The notes under the pieces were generated by a model. It did not search any database. It saw only the letters and a program-made list of their open reading frames with translations, and was not told the origin of the DNA. Shown here one piece after another: positions 15,333-24,824 of a DNA stretch of 32,000 bases. Location of the stretch: assembly GCF_000018105.1 (NCBI RefSeq), contig NC_009925.1:1290001-1322000 (forward strand). The letters are read 5' to 3'. Source of the DNA: Acaryochloris marina MBIC11017. Lineage in GTDB: Bacteria > Cyanobacteriota > Cyanobacteriia > Thermosynechococcales > Thermosynechococcaceae. Made by a program: the position numbers and the translations under genes. Each line of letters begins with the position of its first letter. The first letter of the stretch is position 1.

Positions 15333-16520
15333 ATGTCTTTCCTCTTCAAGCGACACCTGCGCCCACTGTTGGCCCGAGACCGCGATCAAACCCATCGCGC
15401 CGCCACTCAGTTGGAATTGTTGTTTGATCTGGTGGTGGTCATTGCGATCGCGGCGGCTGCACATGGATTGAGTCACACCATCGAGATCGGTCAACCGTTA
15501 CTGGGCAGTTTGCAATACGGCTTGGCCTTCTTTGCCATTTGGTGGCCCTGGAATCTGTTTACCTTTTTTGCCAGTAGCTTTGACAATGACGATGCGGCCT
15601 ATCGCCTGAGTGTGATGGTGATGATGTTTGGGGTTATGCTGGTAGCCGCCAGTTTGCCAGTCATGTTTGAGCAGGGGCTGACTCGGTATGGCTTTTGGGG
15701 CTACATCATTTTTCGAGTGGCTTCGGCACTGCTGTGGCTGCGGGTGGCCAGAGCTAATCCTCACCTTCGCCAAACGGCCTGGCGCTACAGCTTTGGCCAA
15801 ATTTTGATTCAGGGGGTCTGGGCGATTGGTGCGTTTTTGTTACCCGCCTGGAGCGCGGGTGCTTGGGTAATGGTGGCGATCGCAGTTTTGGGCGAACTGC
15901 TCGTTCCCTTCTTTGCCGAAAAAGCGGGCGCAACCCCCTGGCATCGACGCCATATTATCGAGCGCTTTGGCCTGCTTAACATCATCGTGATTGGGGAAAC
16001 ACTACTGAGTAGTACCCACGCCATCGGCGCTTCCATGCAGCAGGGTATGCACGGACCCATGCTTATTCTGGCAGGCTGCGGCGCGATCATGGGCTTTGCC
16101 CTATGGTGGCTTTACTTTTGCGATGTAGACCATCTTGATACGATCAGGCGGCGACGGGCCTTTGTCTGGGGCTATGGCCACTTTATTATCTTTTCGGCTG
16201 GGGCAGCTGTGGGGTCGGGGCTGAGCGTCATGGTCTCGGCGATCTCGGCTGAGCTGTCGACAGAAACCCATACAGAAGCAGTACATGAAACGGCTCATCA
16301 GGTTAGCCATGCAACCGCCACCTGGGCCATTGCGATTCCGCTGGCGCTCTATGTGTTGGGGATATGGCTAGTGCGAGATCGCTACCAATTACAAAACATG
16401 CAAAGTACAACCCTACTGCTATTTTCAGTCCTGCTATTGTTGACTGGCTTTTTACCCTATGCCCCACTGCCAGCCACGCTATTGTTAGTCCTCTGTTTAG
16501 TTTTGAGGCTGCAAAAGTAA
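15333..16520 (+). CDS. Low-temperature-requirement A (LtrA)-family integral membrane protein, 395 aa
   Basis: N-terminal RAATQLELLFDLVVVIAI signature, followed by about 10 hydrophobic segments. Contains two HIP1 octamers. Confidence 0.75.
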   Translation: MSFLFKRHLRPLLARDRDQTHRAATQLELLFDLVVVIAIAAAAHGLSHTIEIGQPLLGSLQYGLAFFAIWWPWNLFTFFASSFDNDDAAYRLSVMVMMFGVMLVAASLPVMFEQGLTRYGFWGYIIFRVASALLWLRVARANPHLRQTAWRYSFGQILIQGVWAIGAFLLPAWSAGAWVMVAIAVLGELLVPFFAEKAGATPWHRRHIIERFGLLNIIVIGETLLSSTHAIGASMQQGMHGPMLILAGCGAIMGFALWWLYFCDVDHLDTIRRRRAFVWGYGHFIIFSAGAAVGSGLSVMVSAISAELSTETHTEAVHETAHQVSHATATWAIAIPLALYVLGIWLVRDRYQLQNMQSTTLLLFSVLLLLTGFLPYAPLPATLLLVLCLVLRLQK

Positions 16521-16667
16521 TACCACTGCAGGGCAGTGCCCGCGAGAAAACTGCGTCGTGTGGTCATCTTTCTATCCTTGTGTCTGTTGAAACTTGGCTC
16601 CTGCGCCCGAAAATGGTCAGCCCCCTGGGCATTCCCCAGAGCACCAATCTGTCGTTATGCCGCTTCA

Positions 16668-16985
16668 CTAGAGACTTGGATTCCCCAAAGCGTTGCCGAA
16701 GAACAGGCTCGTCATGACACCAAGGATTGCCAAACCGAAGAATGCAGCAATCATTGATCCACGATTAGATGGCCCGACTTTGCCTACACGCCACAAGACA
16801 TAGCTGACCACGATATTTGCGAGGCCCCAGAGGACATTGGTGAGAGGAGACGACAAACCGACACCAGGTGGGTCTGCGAACGGTGATGGGAACATCTGTC
16901 CCATGGAACCTGCAACAAAATGCGGAACGGCGTTCCCGAGGAAGAAGCCTGCGCCCACGGCGGCTAGATAATGGTACCAATTCAT
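16668..16985 (-). CDS. Small membrane protein, 105 aa, unknown function
   Basis: Three clear hydrophobic helices (AAVGAGFFLGNAVPHFVAG, LWGLANIVVSYVLW, IAAFFGLAILGVMTSLFF). No family was recognised. Confidence 0.55.
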   Translation of the reverse strand: MNWYHYLAAVGAGFFLGNAVPHFVAGSMGQMFPSPFADPPGVGLSSPLTNVLWGLANIVVSYVLWRVGKVGPSNRGSMIAAFFGLAILGVMTSLFFGNALGNPSL

Positions 16986-17282
16986 TAATTTGGCTCTTCC
17001 GTATTCGGTTCTGATGCCAAAGTGAGCTCTAACATGCTCTCCTGGGCGCGTGGTTCAACCGCGCCATCCAACAGGAAGCGGGCACCGAGCTGCTAGAAGG
17101 GGTAATTAGCTCATTGCAGCTATTACAGGGATAAGGAGGCCTCGTGACCCTGGTTCGATGATATGTTTGGGGCAAAGCTACCAGATAAGGCAGCGCTGGC
17201 AATCGTCGACCTATTGCTTTCACACCTCCACATCAACCAACCCTCAGGGCAGCTCGTGCAGTTTGGGAAGATATTGTCCTGG

Positions 17283-18185
17283 CTATAGCCCTACTCCGAT
17301 TGCAACAAGTTCATTACGTAACCATCGAATTGCTGTGTCATTATCCATGCGGTGTGGCCATGCCATTGCTATATCAAAACCGTCCAGTGTGATTGGGGGT
17401 GGAAATGTTTGCAGGTGATAATCTACAGCAAATCGGTTTGCAATCCGGGTGGCAACGGTCACGATCATGTCTGTAGCAGCCATCATAGCTGGTATTGCCA
17501 AAATGTGAGGTAAGGTTATCTGAACTTGCCGTTGCTTATTTTGCTGCGACAGCGCAATATCTACATTGCCTGTCACTCGTCCACGCGCAGAAACAAGAGC
17601 ATGTTTTTCTTGCAGGTAATCATCCATAGTGAGTTGGGTATCAACCCGAGGATGATTTTGTCGCACTAGGCAAGTAAACGTTTCTGAGAACAGAGTTTTG
17701 CGGCATTTGCAATTTCTCAAGGTCCAGGCATCAGCAATGACTAAGTCAATCTCTCCCTCACGCAGAGCCGTTTCCACATCTAGGGCAATATCCCAAATTT
17801 CGAATGTTAAATGGGGGGCAATCTTCTGCATACGGTTCATCAGGAACGGTACTAGAACAAATGCACCGTAGTCGTTGGTAGCGATCCGAAAGGTTCGACT
17901 GATGGAACTGTAGTCAAAAGGCTGAGGATCAGCCAGGGTTTGTTCAATGGCTGAGACAATTGCTTGCACCGGTTCTACTAACTGCTCTGCTCGTGGTGTG
18001 GGTACCATCTGCAAGCCGTCCCGGACCAAAATCGGATCCTTCAGCGCTGTTCGTAATCGGTTGAGGGCTGCGCTTACTGCTGGTTGACTCAACTGAAGTC
18101 GCTCTGCTGTTTTCGAGACACTCCTCTCCTTCAACAAAATGTGGAGTACAACGAGCAAATTAAGATCAAATCCTCTTAAATCCAT
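17283..18185 (-). CDS. LysR-family transcriptional regulator, 300 aa
   Basis: N-terminal HTH: FDLNLLVVLHILLKERSVSKTAERLQLSQPAVSAALNRLR. Divergent from the AKR operon. Confidence 0.92.
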   Translation of the reverse strand: MDLRGFDLNLLVVLHILLKERSVSKTAERLQLSQPAVSAALNRLRTALKDPILVRDGLQMVPTPRAEQLVEPVQAIVSAIEQTLADPQPFDYSSISRTFRIATNDYGAFVLVPFLMNRMQKIAPHLTFEIWDIALDVETALREGEIDLVIADAWTLRNCKCRKTLFSETFTCLVRQNHPRVDTQLTMDDYLQEKHALVSARGRVTGNVDIALSQQNKQRQVQITLPHILAIPAMMAATDMIVTVATRIANRFAVDYHLQTFPPPITLDGFDIAMAWPHRMDNDTAIRWLRNELVAIGVGL

Positions 18186-18192
18186 TTCATGA

Positions 18193-18207
18193 ATAGACTA
18201 TATCTAT
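18193..18207. promoter_or_regulatory. Candidate LysR box (ATAGA-N5-TCTAT dyad) in the divergent intergenic region
   Basis: ATAGACTATATCTAT lies 8 nt from the LysR start codon. It is an AT-rich dyad of the T-N11-A type. Confidence 0.35.
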
Positions 18208-18281
18208 AATATTGATTTGAATTATATACTGACTCTCGTTAAGCTGTAGTCAAAATGAGCTAGTCACTCAAGTGTGGGAGC

Positions 18282-19376
18282 TTGCATGCCATGCATCAGT
18301 TTTTGACTGCGTTAAATCACTATCGCTTGTTGGGGCATTCTGGATTACGGGTCTCCCCCCTTTGTCTAGGGACGATGACCTTTGGGACTGAATGGGGATG
18401 GGGAGCGGATCTAGATACTAGTCGCCAAATTCTGGATACCTATGCGAATCGGGGTGGCAATTTCATTGATACTGCCAATGCCTATACCAATGGGACCAGC
18501 GAGCAATTTTTAGGAGAGCTGTTGCAGGGGCGGCGTGATCGCTTTGTCCTGGCTACCAAATATTCTCTCAATATGGATTCCACAAACCCCAATGCAGGAG
18601 GGAATCATCGCCGCAGTCTGGTACGGGCAGTGGAAGGCAGCCTCAAGCGTCTGGCCACCGATTACATTGACCTTTACTGGCTGCATGCTTGGGATTATCG
18701 CAACGCCATTGAAGAGGTGATGCGGGCGCTAGATGATTTGGTGCGTCAGGGTAAGATCTTGCATATAGGGCTATCGGATACACCCTCGTGGATTGTCTCC
18801 GAAGGGCATGCCATCTCAAGACTTCGAGGTTGGACCTCTGTATCCGCCATCCAGGTTCACTACAATTTGGTGGAGCGTACCTCCGAAGCAGACATGCTTC
18901 CGATGGCCCGACAGTATGGAATTACACCCTTAGCTTGGTCGCCCTTAGCTGGTGGGATCTTGTCTGGCAAGTACAGCCGAGAAGATTTACAAGATACGAG
19001 TACTGAAAAAGAGGAGTCTGGCCGCAAAGGCGTCACCCAAGATATCGGTCAATTGAATGAGCGTAGCTTAGAAATTGTCGATATTGTCAAAGAAATCTCC
19101 ACCGAAATAGGTCGCTCTCCCAGTCAGGTGGCCCTCAATTGGCTCCTGCAGCAACCGAGTCGGCCCATTCCCATCATAGGTGCCCGTAAGCTGGCGCACC
19201 TGGAGGATAACTTGGGTGCCCTGGAGTTCACACTCAGTGACGAACATATTGAGCGTCTATACCAAATGAGTGCCTTTGATCTGCCATTTCCCCATAACTT
19301 TATTGGTTTGGATATGTATAAAGGTGTGGTGGATGGCGAGAACACGATTGAGTCAGGATTTACAGTTTACCCATAG
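18282..19376 (+). CDS. Aldo/keto reductase, ~361-364 aa
   Basis: GLRVSPLCLGTMTFG, DTANAYTNGTSE, IDLYWLHAWD, and the C-terminal IPIIGARK motif. The track start is TTG 18282; ATG 18291 is possible. Confidence 0.92.
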   Translation: MHAMHQFLTALNHYRLLGHSGLRVSPLCLGTMTFGTEWGWGADLDTSRQILDTYANRGGNFIDTANAYTNGTSEQFLGELLQGRRDRFVLATKYSLNMDSTNPNAGGNHRRSLVRAVEGSLKRLATDYIDLYWLHAWDYRNAIEEVMRALDDLVRQGKILHIGLSDTPSWIVSEGHAISRLRGWTSVSAIQVHYNLVERTSEADMLPMARQYGITPLAWSPLAGGILSGKYSREDLQDTSTEKEESGRKGVTQDIGQLNERSLEIVDIVKEISTEIGRSPSQVALNWLLQQPSRPIPIIGARKLAHLEDNLGALEFTLSDEHIERLYQMSAFDLPFPHNFIGLDMYKGVVDGENTIESGFTVYP

Positions 19377-19388
19377 GACTCAATAGCC

Positions 19389-20090
19389 ATGAAACCTAAG
19401 CACCACAAACAGGCATTGGTAACAGGGGGCAATCGCGGGATTGGTTTTGAGATCGCAAAGGGCCTTCTCGCCAAAGGATATACAGTGACGATTACAGCCC
19501 GCTCCCTCCAACAGGCAACACAAGCAGCAGAGGAATTAGCGGGACCTATTCTCCCGATGCAGCTCGATGTGACTGATGATCAGGCAATACATCAAGCTGT
19601 TGCAACCTTGGGACAACGCATAGGTCAGTTAGATGTCCTCATTAACAATGCGGGTATTTATCCCGATAACGGCGTTAGCATTCTCACCATTTCCCGTGAA
19701 CTGCTAGAAACCTCTATGAATACGAATGCTTTTGGAGCGATTCGTATGGCGCAAGCTTGTTTACCACTGCTTAAACAGGCACCAAATGCCCGGATCATCA
19801 ATGTTTCAAGTGGATTTGGGGCGTTAGAAGATTTATCGGCGACTGTGTCAAGCTATTGCCAATCTAAACTCGCCTTGAACGGAGCAACAATTATGTTGGC
19901 GCAAGCCCTGGCTGCAGACAATATTGCCGTGAATGCCCTATGTCCTGGGTGGGTTCGCACGGATATGGGTGGATCATCTGCCCCACGCTCACCGGAGCAA
20001 GGAGCCGATACCGCTATCTGGTTGGCATCGGAGGCTCCTCAACAGGAAACAGGTAAGTTTTGGCGATCTCGCCAAGTCATTTCGTTTTAG
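19389..20090 (+). CDS. Short-chain dehydrogenase/reductase (carbonyl-reductase-like), 233 aa
   Basis: VTGGNRGIG, NNAGI, NVSS, YCQSK. Confidence 0.9.
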   Translation: MKPKHHKQALVTGGNRGIGFEIAKGLLAKGYTVTITARSLQQATQAAEELAGPILPMQLDVTDDQAIHQAVATLGQRIGQLDVLINNAGIYPDNGVSILTISRELLETSMNTNAFGAIRMAQACLPLLKQAPNARIINVSSGFGALEDLSATVSSYCQSKLALNGATIMLAQALAADNIAVNALCPGWVRTDMGGSSAPRSPEQGADTAIWLASEAPQQETGKFWRSRQVISF

Positions 20091-20168
20091 GATTCAAGAC
20101 CGATTGGCTGCTTCCCACAGCGCTATCACTCATGTTTAAAGGGTCGTTTCTTCAGGAGAGCACTAAAG

Positions 20169-20819
20169 ATGAAAGTCGGGATACTCGGTGCAGGCCGAAT
20201 GACCAAGGCTCTTGCCAGTAAATGGATTGCTGCAGGGCACGACATTTGTATTGCTGGGAGAACACTGGACAAGGCGAAGGCGTTAGCCCATGAATTGGGA
20301 GATCAAGCGACATTCGGTACATTCGAGGATGCGATCTCGTATGGCAATACCCTACTGATTGCCATACGCCATGAAGGGGTGATCTCTACATTGGAGCAAG
20401 CGGGTGCTCGTTCAGGCTCATTCCAGGGCAAGATCGTGATTGATTGCAGCAATCCCGTGGAGATTGAGACCTTCACGCTGGTTGGGAATGAGCAGAATTC
20501 GATGGCTGAGAGAATTCAAGAAACAGCGAATGGTGCGACGGTTGTTAAGGCATTTAATCTTTGCGAAGCTCAGGTTTGGGAAATGGAGCCACCGCTTTTT
20601 GATGGACGAAAGTTAGTGGTGCCCTATTGTACAGACACCGATGAAGCAGGGGCGATTGGTTCAAGGCTGATTAAGGATGTTGGATGTCAGCCCATGCTAC
20701 TTGGCAAATTACATTATGCTCGCCATCTTGAAGCCATGGCTGCAATCGTGATTAGTCGGCTCTTTGGGGGTGTCGATCCCCATTCTGTCTTCAACTGGAT
20801 TACCCCCAACCCGGAGTGA
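20169..20819 (+). CDS. NADP oxidoreductase, coenzyme-F420-dependent-type (NpdG/COG2085-like dinucleotide-binding protein), 216 aa
   Basis: The N-terminal Rossmann motif MKVGILGAGRMTKALA and the overall length and pattern fit the F420_oxidored family. Confidence 0.7.
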   Translation: MKVGILGAGRMTKALASKWIAAGHDICIAGRTLDKAKALAHELGDQATFGTFEDAISYGNTLLIAIRHEGVISTLEQAGARSGSFQGKIVIDCSNPVEIETFTLVGNEQNSMAERIQETANGATVVKAFNLCEAQVWEMEPPLFDGRKLVVPYCTDTDEAGAIGSRLIKDVGCQPMLLGKLHYARHLEAMAAIVISRLFGGVDPHSVFNWITPNPE

Positions 20820-20869
20820 ATCAGCGGTTGATCCAAAGATTATGTCAACTCAAAACTGAAGCTTTTACT

Positions 20870-21781
20870 ATGACCCTAACCATCATCAACCTCCAAAATC
20901 CCCCTGGGATAAGTGGCGTTTATGCCGAATCTGTTGCGTTTCCCTCCAAGGGTGTCACCCTGAAAGGAACGCTTTACAAACCCGCAGAAATTAATGGCCT
21001 TTTAGCGGCTGTGATTGTTACCGGTGCCTGGACAACCGTTAAAGAGCAAATGGCTGGAACCTACGCTAGAGAACTAGCCGCCCGCGGATTGGCCGCCCTA
21101 GCATTTGACTTCACTGGTTGGGGCGAGTCTGGGGGGGAGCCTCGCTATGTCGAAGATCCAGCCACGAAGACTGCTGATATTGATGCAGCAGTGGATTTTC
21201 TCGCTGAGTGTAATGACGTGGACCAGTCGCATCTATATGGTTTGGGCATTTGTGCATCATCTGGCTACATGGCAGCCGTCGCTGCCGACAACGACAAGAT
21301 GAAAAAACTGGCCCTAGTGGCTCCTTGGCTTCATAACCCCAAAATGGCAGCAGACGTTTACGGTGGTCCTGAAACGGTGGCCTCATTGATTGCTGCTAGC
21401 GAAGCTGGAAACGCAGATCTGACTATCCTAACTGCCGCTAGTACCACAGATGACAATGCCCCCATGTATCAAGCCCCCTACTACACCGAAACAAATCGAG
21501 GTCTAATCCCCGCTTACGACAACAAGTTCAGTATTTTGACCTGGAAGCCCTGGCTCACCTATGACGCTCAAGCCTCTGCCAATCACCTATCTAAGCCGAC
21601 GCTGATGGTGGGGTCACCTGCGATCGCACTTCCCGCTGGTGCAGAAGCTTACGAGCAGCGTACCCAAGCTCCCCTGCAAAAACTCTGGCTGGGCGATGAT
21701 GTCACTCAATTTGATTTTTATGATCGTGCGGATGTTGTTACAGACGCCTCTAACGCTGTGGCAGAGTTCTTTCAAGGATAA
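20870..21781 (+). CDS. Alpha/beta hydrolase, Cys-elbow paralogue (dienelactone-hydrolase-like)
   Basis: YGLGICASSG elbow. The N-terminal GVTLKGTLYKPAE pattern is shared with the 13933-14877 product. ATG 20870 is preferred. The track start GTG 20816, which overlaps the upstream stop, is the alternative. Confidence 0.8.
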   Translation: MTLTIINLQNPPGISGVYAESVAFPSKGVTLKGTLYKPAEINGLLAAVIVTGAWTTVKEQMAGTYARELAARGLAALAFDFTGWGESGGEPRYVEDPATKTADIDAAVDFLAECNDVDQSHLYGLGICASSGYMAAVAADNDKMKKLALVAPWLHNPKMAADVYGGPETVASLIAASEAGNADLTILTAASTTDDNAPMYQAPYYTETNRGLIPAYDNKFSILTWKPWLTYDAQASANHLSKPTLMVGSPAIALPAGAEAYEQRTQAPLQKLWLGDDVTQFDFYDRADVVTDASNAVAEFFQG

Positions 21782-21822
21782 ATAGACACTAATAAGTACA
21801 TCCCCAGAATGAGGTTATTCTG

Positions 21823-22206
21823 ATGACCCAAGATGATCTCGAGGCATTTGCGAGGAGATTTTTCACAGCGGTTGATGCTCAGAATGCAGATGGTCTTCGT
21901 CCGTTTCTTGCCGACAATGTCAGATTGCAGATGGCCAATCTGCAACCCACTGTCGGTGCCGATGATTTGGTCAAGGCTTTTAGAGCAACAGAGGAGCAGT
22001 TCTCCTCAATCACCCACGCTATCCAAGGTTGTTGGTTAGGTCGATGGGAAAAAGGTCTCGTTGTCAGCGTTGAAGCCATAGCGCACTATACGAAGGTTGG
22101 CGGTGCCAAGTTTGCACTTCCTGTTACCAGTACCTTACGGTTAAGCGCCGACGGCAAAGTGGCAGACTATCGGATCTTCATGGACCCCGGTCCTGCCTTT
22201 GCTTAA
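21823..22206 (+). CDS. NTF2-like / SnoaL-like small protein, 127 aa
   Basis: Size and the opening pattern (FARRFFTAVDAQNADGLRPFLADNV) fit the SnoaL/ketosteroid-isomerase-like fold. Confidence 0.6.
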   Translation: MTQDDLEAFARRFFTAVDAQNADGLRPFLADNVRLQMANLQPTVGADDLVKAFRATEEQFSSITHAIQGCWLGRWEKGLVVSVEAIAHYTKVGGAKFALPVTSTLRLSADGKVADYRIFMDPGPAFA

Positions 22207-22228
22207 TCCGAACAGAAGAGTAACATTT

Positions 22229-22663
22229 ATGAACCAAGCAGAACAAAATAAGGCTACTGTCCAGCGCTTCTTTAAAGCATTGGAAGCAGAGAACCCTGAA
22301 CAAGTCGCAACATTCTTTGCTGAGGATGGCGTTCATATTAGTCCATACCATTGCAACGTTTTTCCGACAGGTGCTCAAGGACGCGATGGCATTCGTGACT
22401 ACTGGGCTCCAACGTTTCCGAATTTTGATGGAATGACCTTCCCGATCCATGAGCTCTACGCGATGGAGGGCGGCAATATGGTCTTCGTGCGTTACACCGG
22501 CCGAATCAAACTCAAGGACAATGCTGGCTGGTACGAGAACGATTATTACTCAACTTTCAAGTTCAACAAAGCGGGTGAGATCACCGAATATGTCGAGATT
22601 TTTAATCCCGTGACGGCGGCTCACGGTTTTGGGCTTCTCGATCAACTCGTCGCATCATCATAA
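22229..22663 (+). CDS. NTF2-like / SnoaL-like small protein, 144 aa
   Basis: MNQAEQNKATVQRFFKALEAENPEQVATFFAEDGVH is a classic SnoaL-like N-terminus. ATG 22229 is preferred over the track TTG 22199. Confidence 0.65.
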   Translation: MNQAEQNKATVQRFFKALEAENPEQVATFFAEDGVHISPYHCNVFPTGAQGRDGIRDYWAPTFPNFDGMTFPIHELYAMEGGNMVFVRYTGRIKLKDNAGWYENDYYSTFKFNKAGEITEYVEIFNPVTAAHGFGLLDQLVASS

Positions 22664-22972
22664 GGCCGACAGGTTCTCTTCACTATGAAATGCCAACTCG
22701 CGATATTAACCAATCGTGTCATTGGGCTGATAGTGATGGTCACCCTATCCACTCCTATAAATTGTTATGGATTGAGAGAGTGTAATGATGAGAGATTATC
22801 GCGGACCGCTGGTAGCATATTTCGCCTTCTGCTTGATCCTTTTTGCCGCCGATAGGAATGCATCTGCCAAATCAAGTATTGGGCAGCCAACCGATGATGG
22901 CGTCATTAATATTAAGTTGCCCCAAATCTTATTTAACAGTTGATGACAAAGCTTATCCCCATTAAAGCTGAT

Positions 22973-24165
22973 TATACTGCGGACGACTTGTGACTTAACA
23001 TTGTGGTAGAGAGATTTGGCACACTGGGAGTATCCCCGCACCTATCCTCCACTCCCATGATTAAAATTGATTTCACCGCAGAGGAAATCCAACAACTCAA
23101 TTACGAACGCTATCATCACCCTCACCCACGGGTGCAGCGACGGATGGAAGTGCTCTACTTGAAGAGTCAAGGTCTTTCCCATACCCAGATCTGCCAGCTT
23201 TGTCAGATTAGTCGCCCCACTTTAGCCAAAACTCTTCGTCAGTATCAACAAGGAGGGATTGAAGGGCTGAAGACCCTTGAATATAAAGGTCAACCGAGTC
23301 TACTCAACGCTCATAGCGATAGTGTGAGAGCTTACTTTGAGCAACATCCTCCCCGCACCAGTGCAGAAGCTCAAGCGGTCATTGAGCAATTAACAGGCAT
23401 CAAACGCAGTCCCACCCAAATCAAAGCCTTCCTCAAACGCATCGGTTGTCGTTATCGAAAAGTGGGGTATGTGCCGGGAAAGTCGAGTCTGCCCGAGAAA
23501 ATTGAGGAGCAAGAGCAGTTTCGACACACTCGCCTTGAACCCTTATTAGAGGAAGCTCAACGCCAAGAGCGTCTTGTCTTTTTTGTGGATGCTGCTCACT
23601 TTGTTCACCGTGCTTATCTAGGGTTTGTCTGGTGCATCACTCGGATCTTCATCCCTTCTCCTTCTGGTCGCCAACGTTTCAATGTCCTGGGCGCGCTCGA
23701 CGCTATCACCAAAGACCTAGTCAGCGTTACCAACCACACCTATATCAATTCTCACAGTATGTGCCTGTTACTGGCCAAGCTGGCGCTACTTGACCCAGTC
23801 ATACCCATCAGCGTGATTTTAGACAATGCGCGATACCAGAAATGTCAGCTTGTAACGGACTTTGCCGAGATCGTCGATATTGAGCTGGTCTATCTGCCCT
23901 CCTATTCACCCCATTTGAATTTGATTGAGCGACTCTGGCGTTTTGTACGCAAGGAATGTCTCTATTCAAAGTATTATGCTGATTTTCCCGCCTTCAAAGG
24001 GGCCATTCAACAGTGCATCGACCAGTGTAATGGAGAGCATAAGGCGAAACTCACCACCTTACTATCACTCAAGTTTCAGTCTTTTAAGAAAGTTAATATC
24101 TTAGCCGCCTAGAGTATAGCACTCTGAAGTATCTGCACACTCTGCTTGAAATCCCAACAATGTCT
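22973..24165 (+). mobile_element. Second IS630-family element (coordinates are an envelope; ends not resolved)
   Basis: Contains an intact transposase. There are two weak candidate end pairs: TATACTGCGG... (22973) with ...CCGCCTAGAGTATA (24118), and TA-ACATTGTGG (22996-23006) with CCAACAATGT (24154-24163). Neither is convincing by eye. Confidence 0.3.
23057..24112 (+). CDS. IS630-family DDE transposase, single ORF, 351 aa
   Basis: N-terminal HTH: LSHTQICQLCQISRPTLAKTLRQY. DDE_3 signature: VFFVDAAHF, ILDNARYQKC, YLPSYSPHLNLIERLW. ATG 23057 is preferred over the track start 23003. Confidence 0.85.
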   Translation: MIKIDFTAEEIQQLNYERYHHPHPRVQRRMEVLYLKSQGLSHTQICQLCQISRPTLAKTLRQYQQGGIEGLKTLEYKGQPSLLNAHSDSVRAYFEQHPPRTSAEAQAVIEQLTGIKRSPTQIKAFLKRIGCRYRKVGYVPGKSSLPEKIEEQEQFRHTRLEPLLEEAQRQERLVFFVDAAHFVHRAYLGFVWCITRIFIPSPSGRQRFNVLGALDAITKDLVSVTNHTYINSHSMCLLLAKLALLDPVIPISVILDNARYQKCQLVTDFAEIVDIELVYLPSYSPHLNLIERLWRFVRKECLYSKYYADFPAFKGAIQQCIDQCNGEHKAKLTTLLSLKFQSFKKVNILAA

Positions 24166-24244
24166 TGTTGAAGAGAAATTAACCAACAAGCAAAGCGGAA
24201 CCGAATATCTGTCAGCGAAATCCCTAATCCACGACACACTAAAC

Positions 24245-24709
24245 ATGGACACCATAACAAGTATCACCACCCCAATCGTTCGCATGATTCATGCAATTGA
24301 CCAACTGGATTGGCCCGCCGTTCGTTACGAGTTTGCTGACACAGTAGACATAGACTACACCTCGCTGACAGGGGGTGAACCAGAAACGATACCTGCCGAT
24401 AAATTGATGGAACGCTGGCAAGGATTGCTCCCTGGTTTTCAGGCGACTCAACATCTATTGGGCTCCTTTCAAGTCGAAGTGGAAGACAAGGCTGCAGCCA
24501 TAGAAACCCATGTCCGTGCCTATCATTACATCGATGATGCTCCTGACAGCGACGTCTGGATGGTGGCCGGTCATTACCAGTTTCAGATGGCACTTCAGGG
24601 CGGTCGCTGGGTGATTGCAGCCATTAAATTAGTCGTTTTTTATCAGGAAGGTAATTTCGAATTACCTACCCTAGCCCAAACCAGAGCCATTGAGACGCCA
24701 CGTCAATAA
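24245..24709 (+). CDS. NTF2-like (SnoaL_4-type) protein, 154 aa
   Basis: VRMIHAIDQLDWPAVRYEFADTVDIDYTSL...HLLGSFQVEV...AYHY is typical of SnoaL_4. ATG 24245 is preferred over TTG 24146. Confidence 0.65.
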   Translation: MDTITSITTPIVRMIHAIDQLDWPAVRYEFADTVDIDYTSLTGGEPETIPADKLMERWQGLLPGFQATQHLLGSFQVEVEDKAAAIETHVRAYHYIDDAPDSDVWMVAGHYQFQMALQGGRWVIAAIKLVVFYQEGNFELPTLAQTRAIETPRQ

Positions 24710-24824
24710 TTCTGGATCTTCATGAAGGAGAAGTAGAGAATACTACCTGATTCACACAAACATTTTGGCTACTCAGCGCTGCTGATAGATTCATGGAAAT
24801 AAGTATCTGCAAGGGAGCACAACG

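Noticed and set aside
16364-17223. ORFs 16364-16717, 16536-16757, 16765-16980 and 17029-17223
   Set aside because: They overlap the ltrA end or the better 105-aa membrane-protein ORF, or lie in the spacer. Their sequences are Cys/Arg/Pro-rich and not protein-like.
22796-23041. 81-aa minus-strand ORF upstream of the second IS630 transposase, and a 52-aa plus-strand signal-peptide-like ORF at about 22784-22942
   Set aside because: Neither has a recognisable motif. The minus ORF spans the probable IS end. The 52-aa ORF is possible, but I cannot support it from sequence alone.
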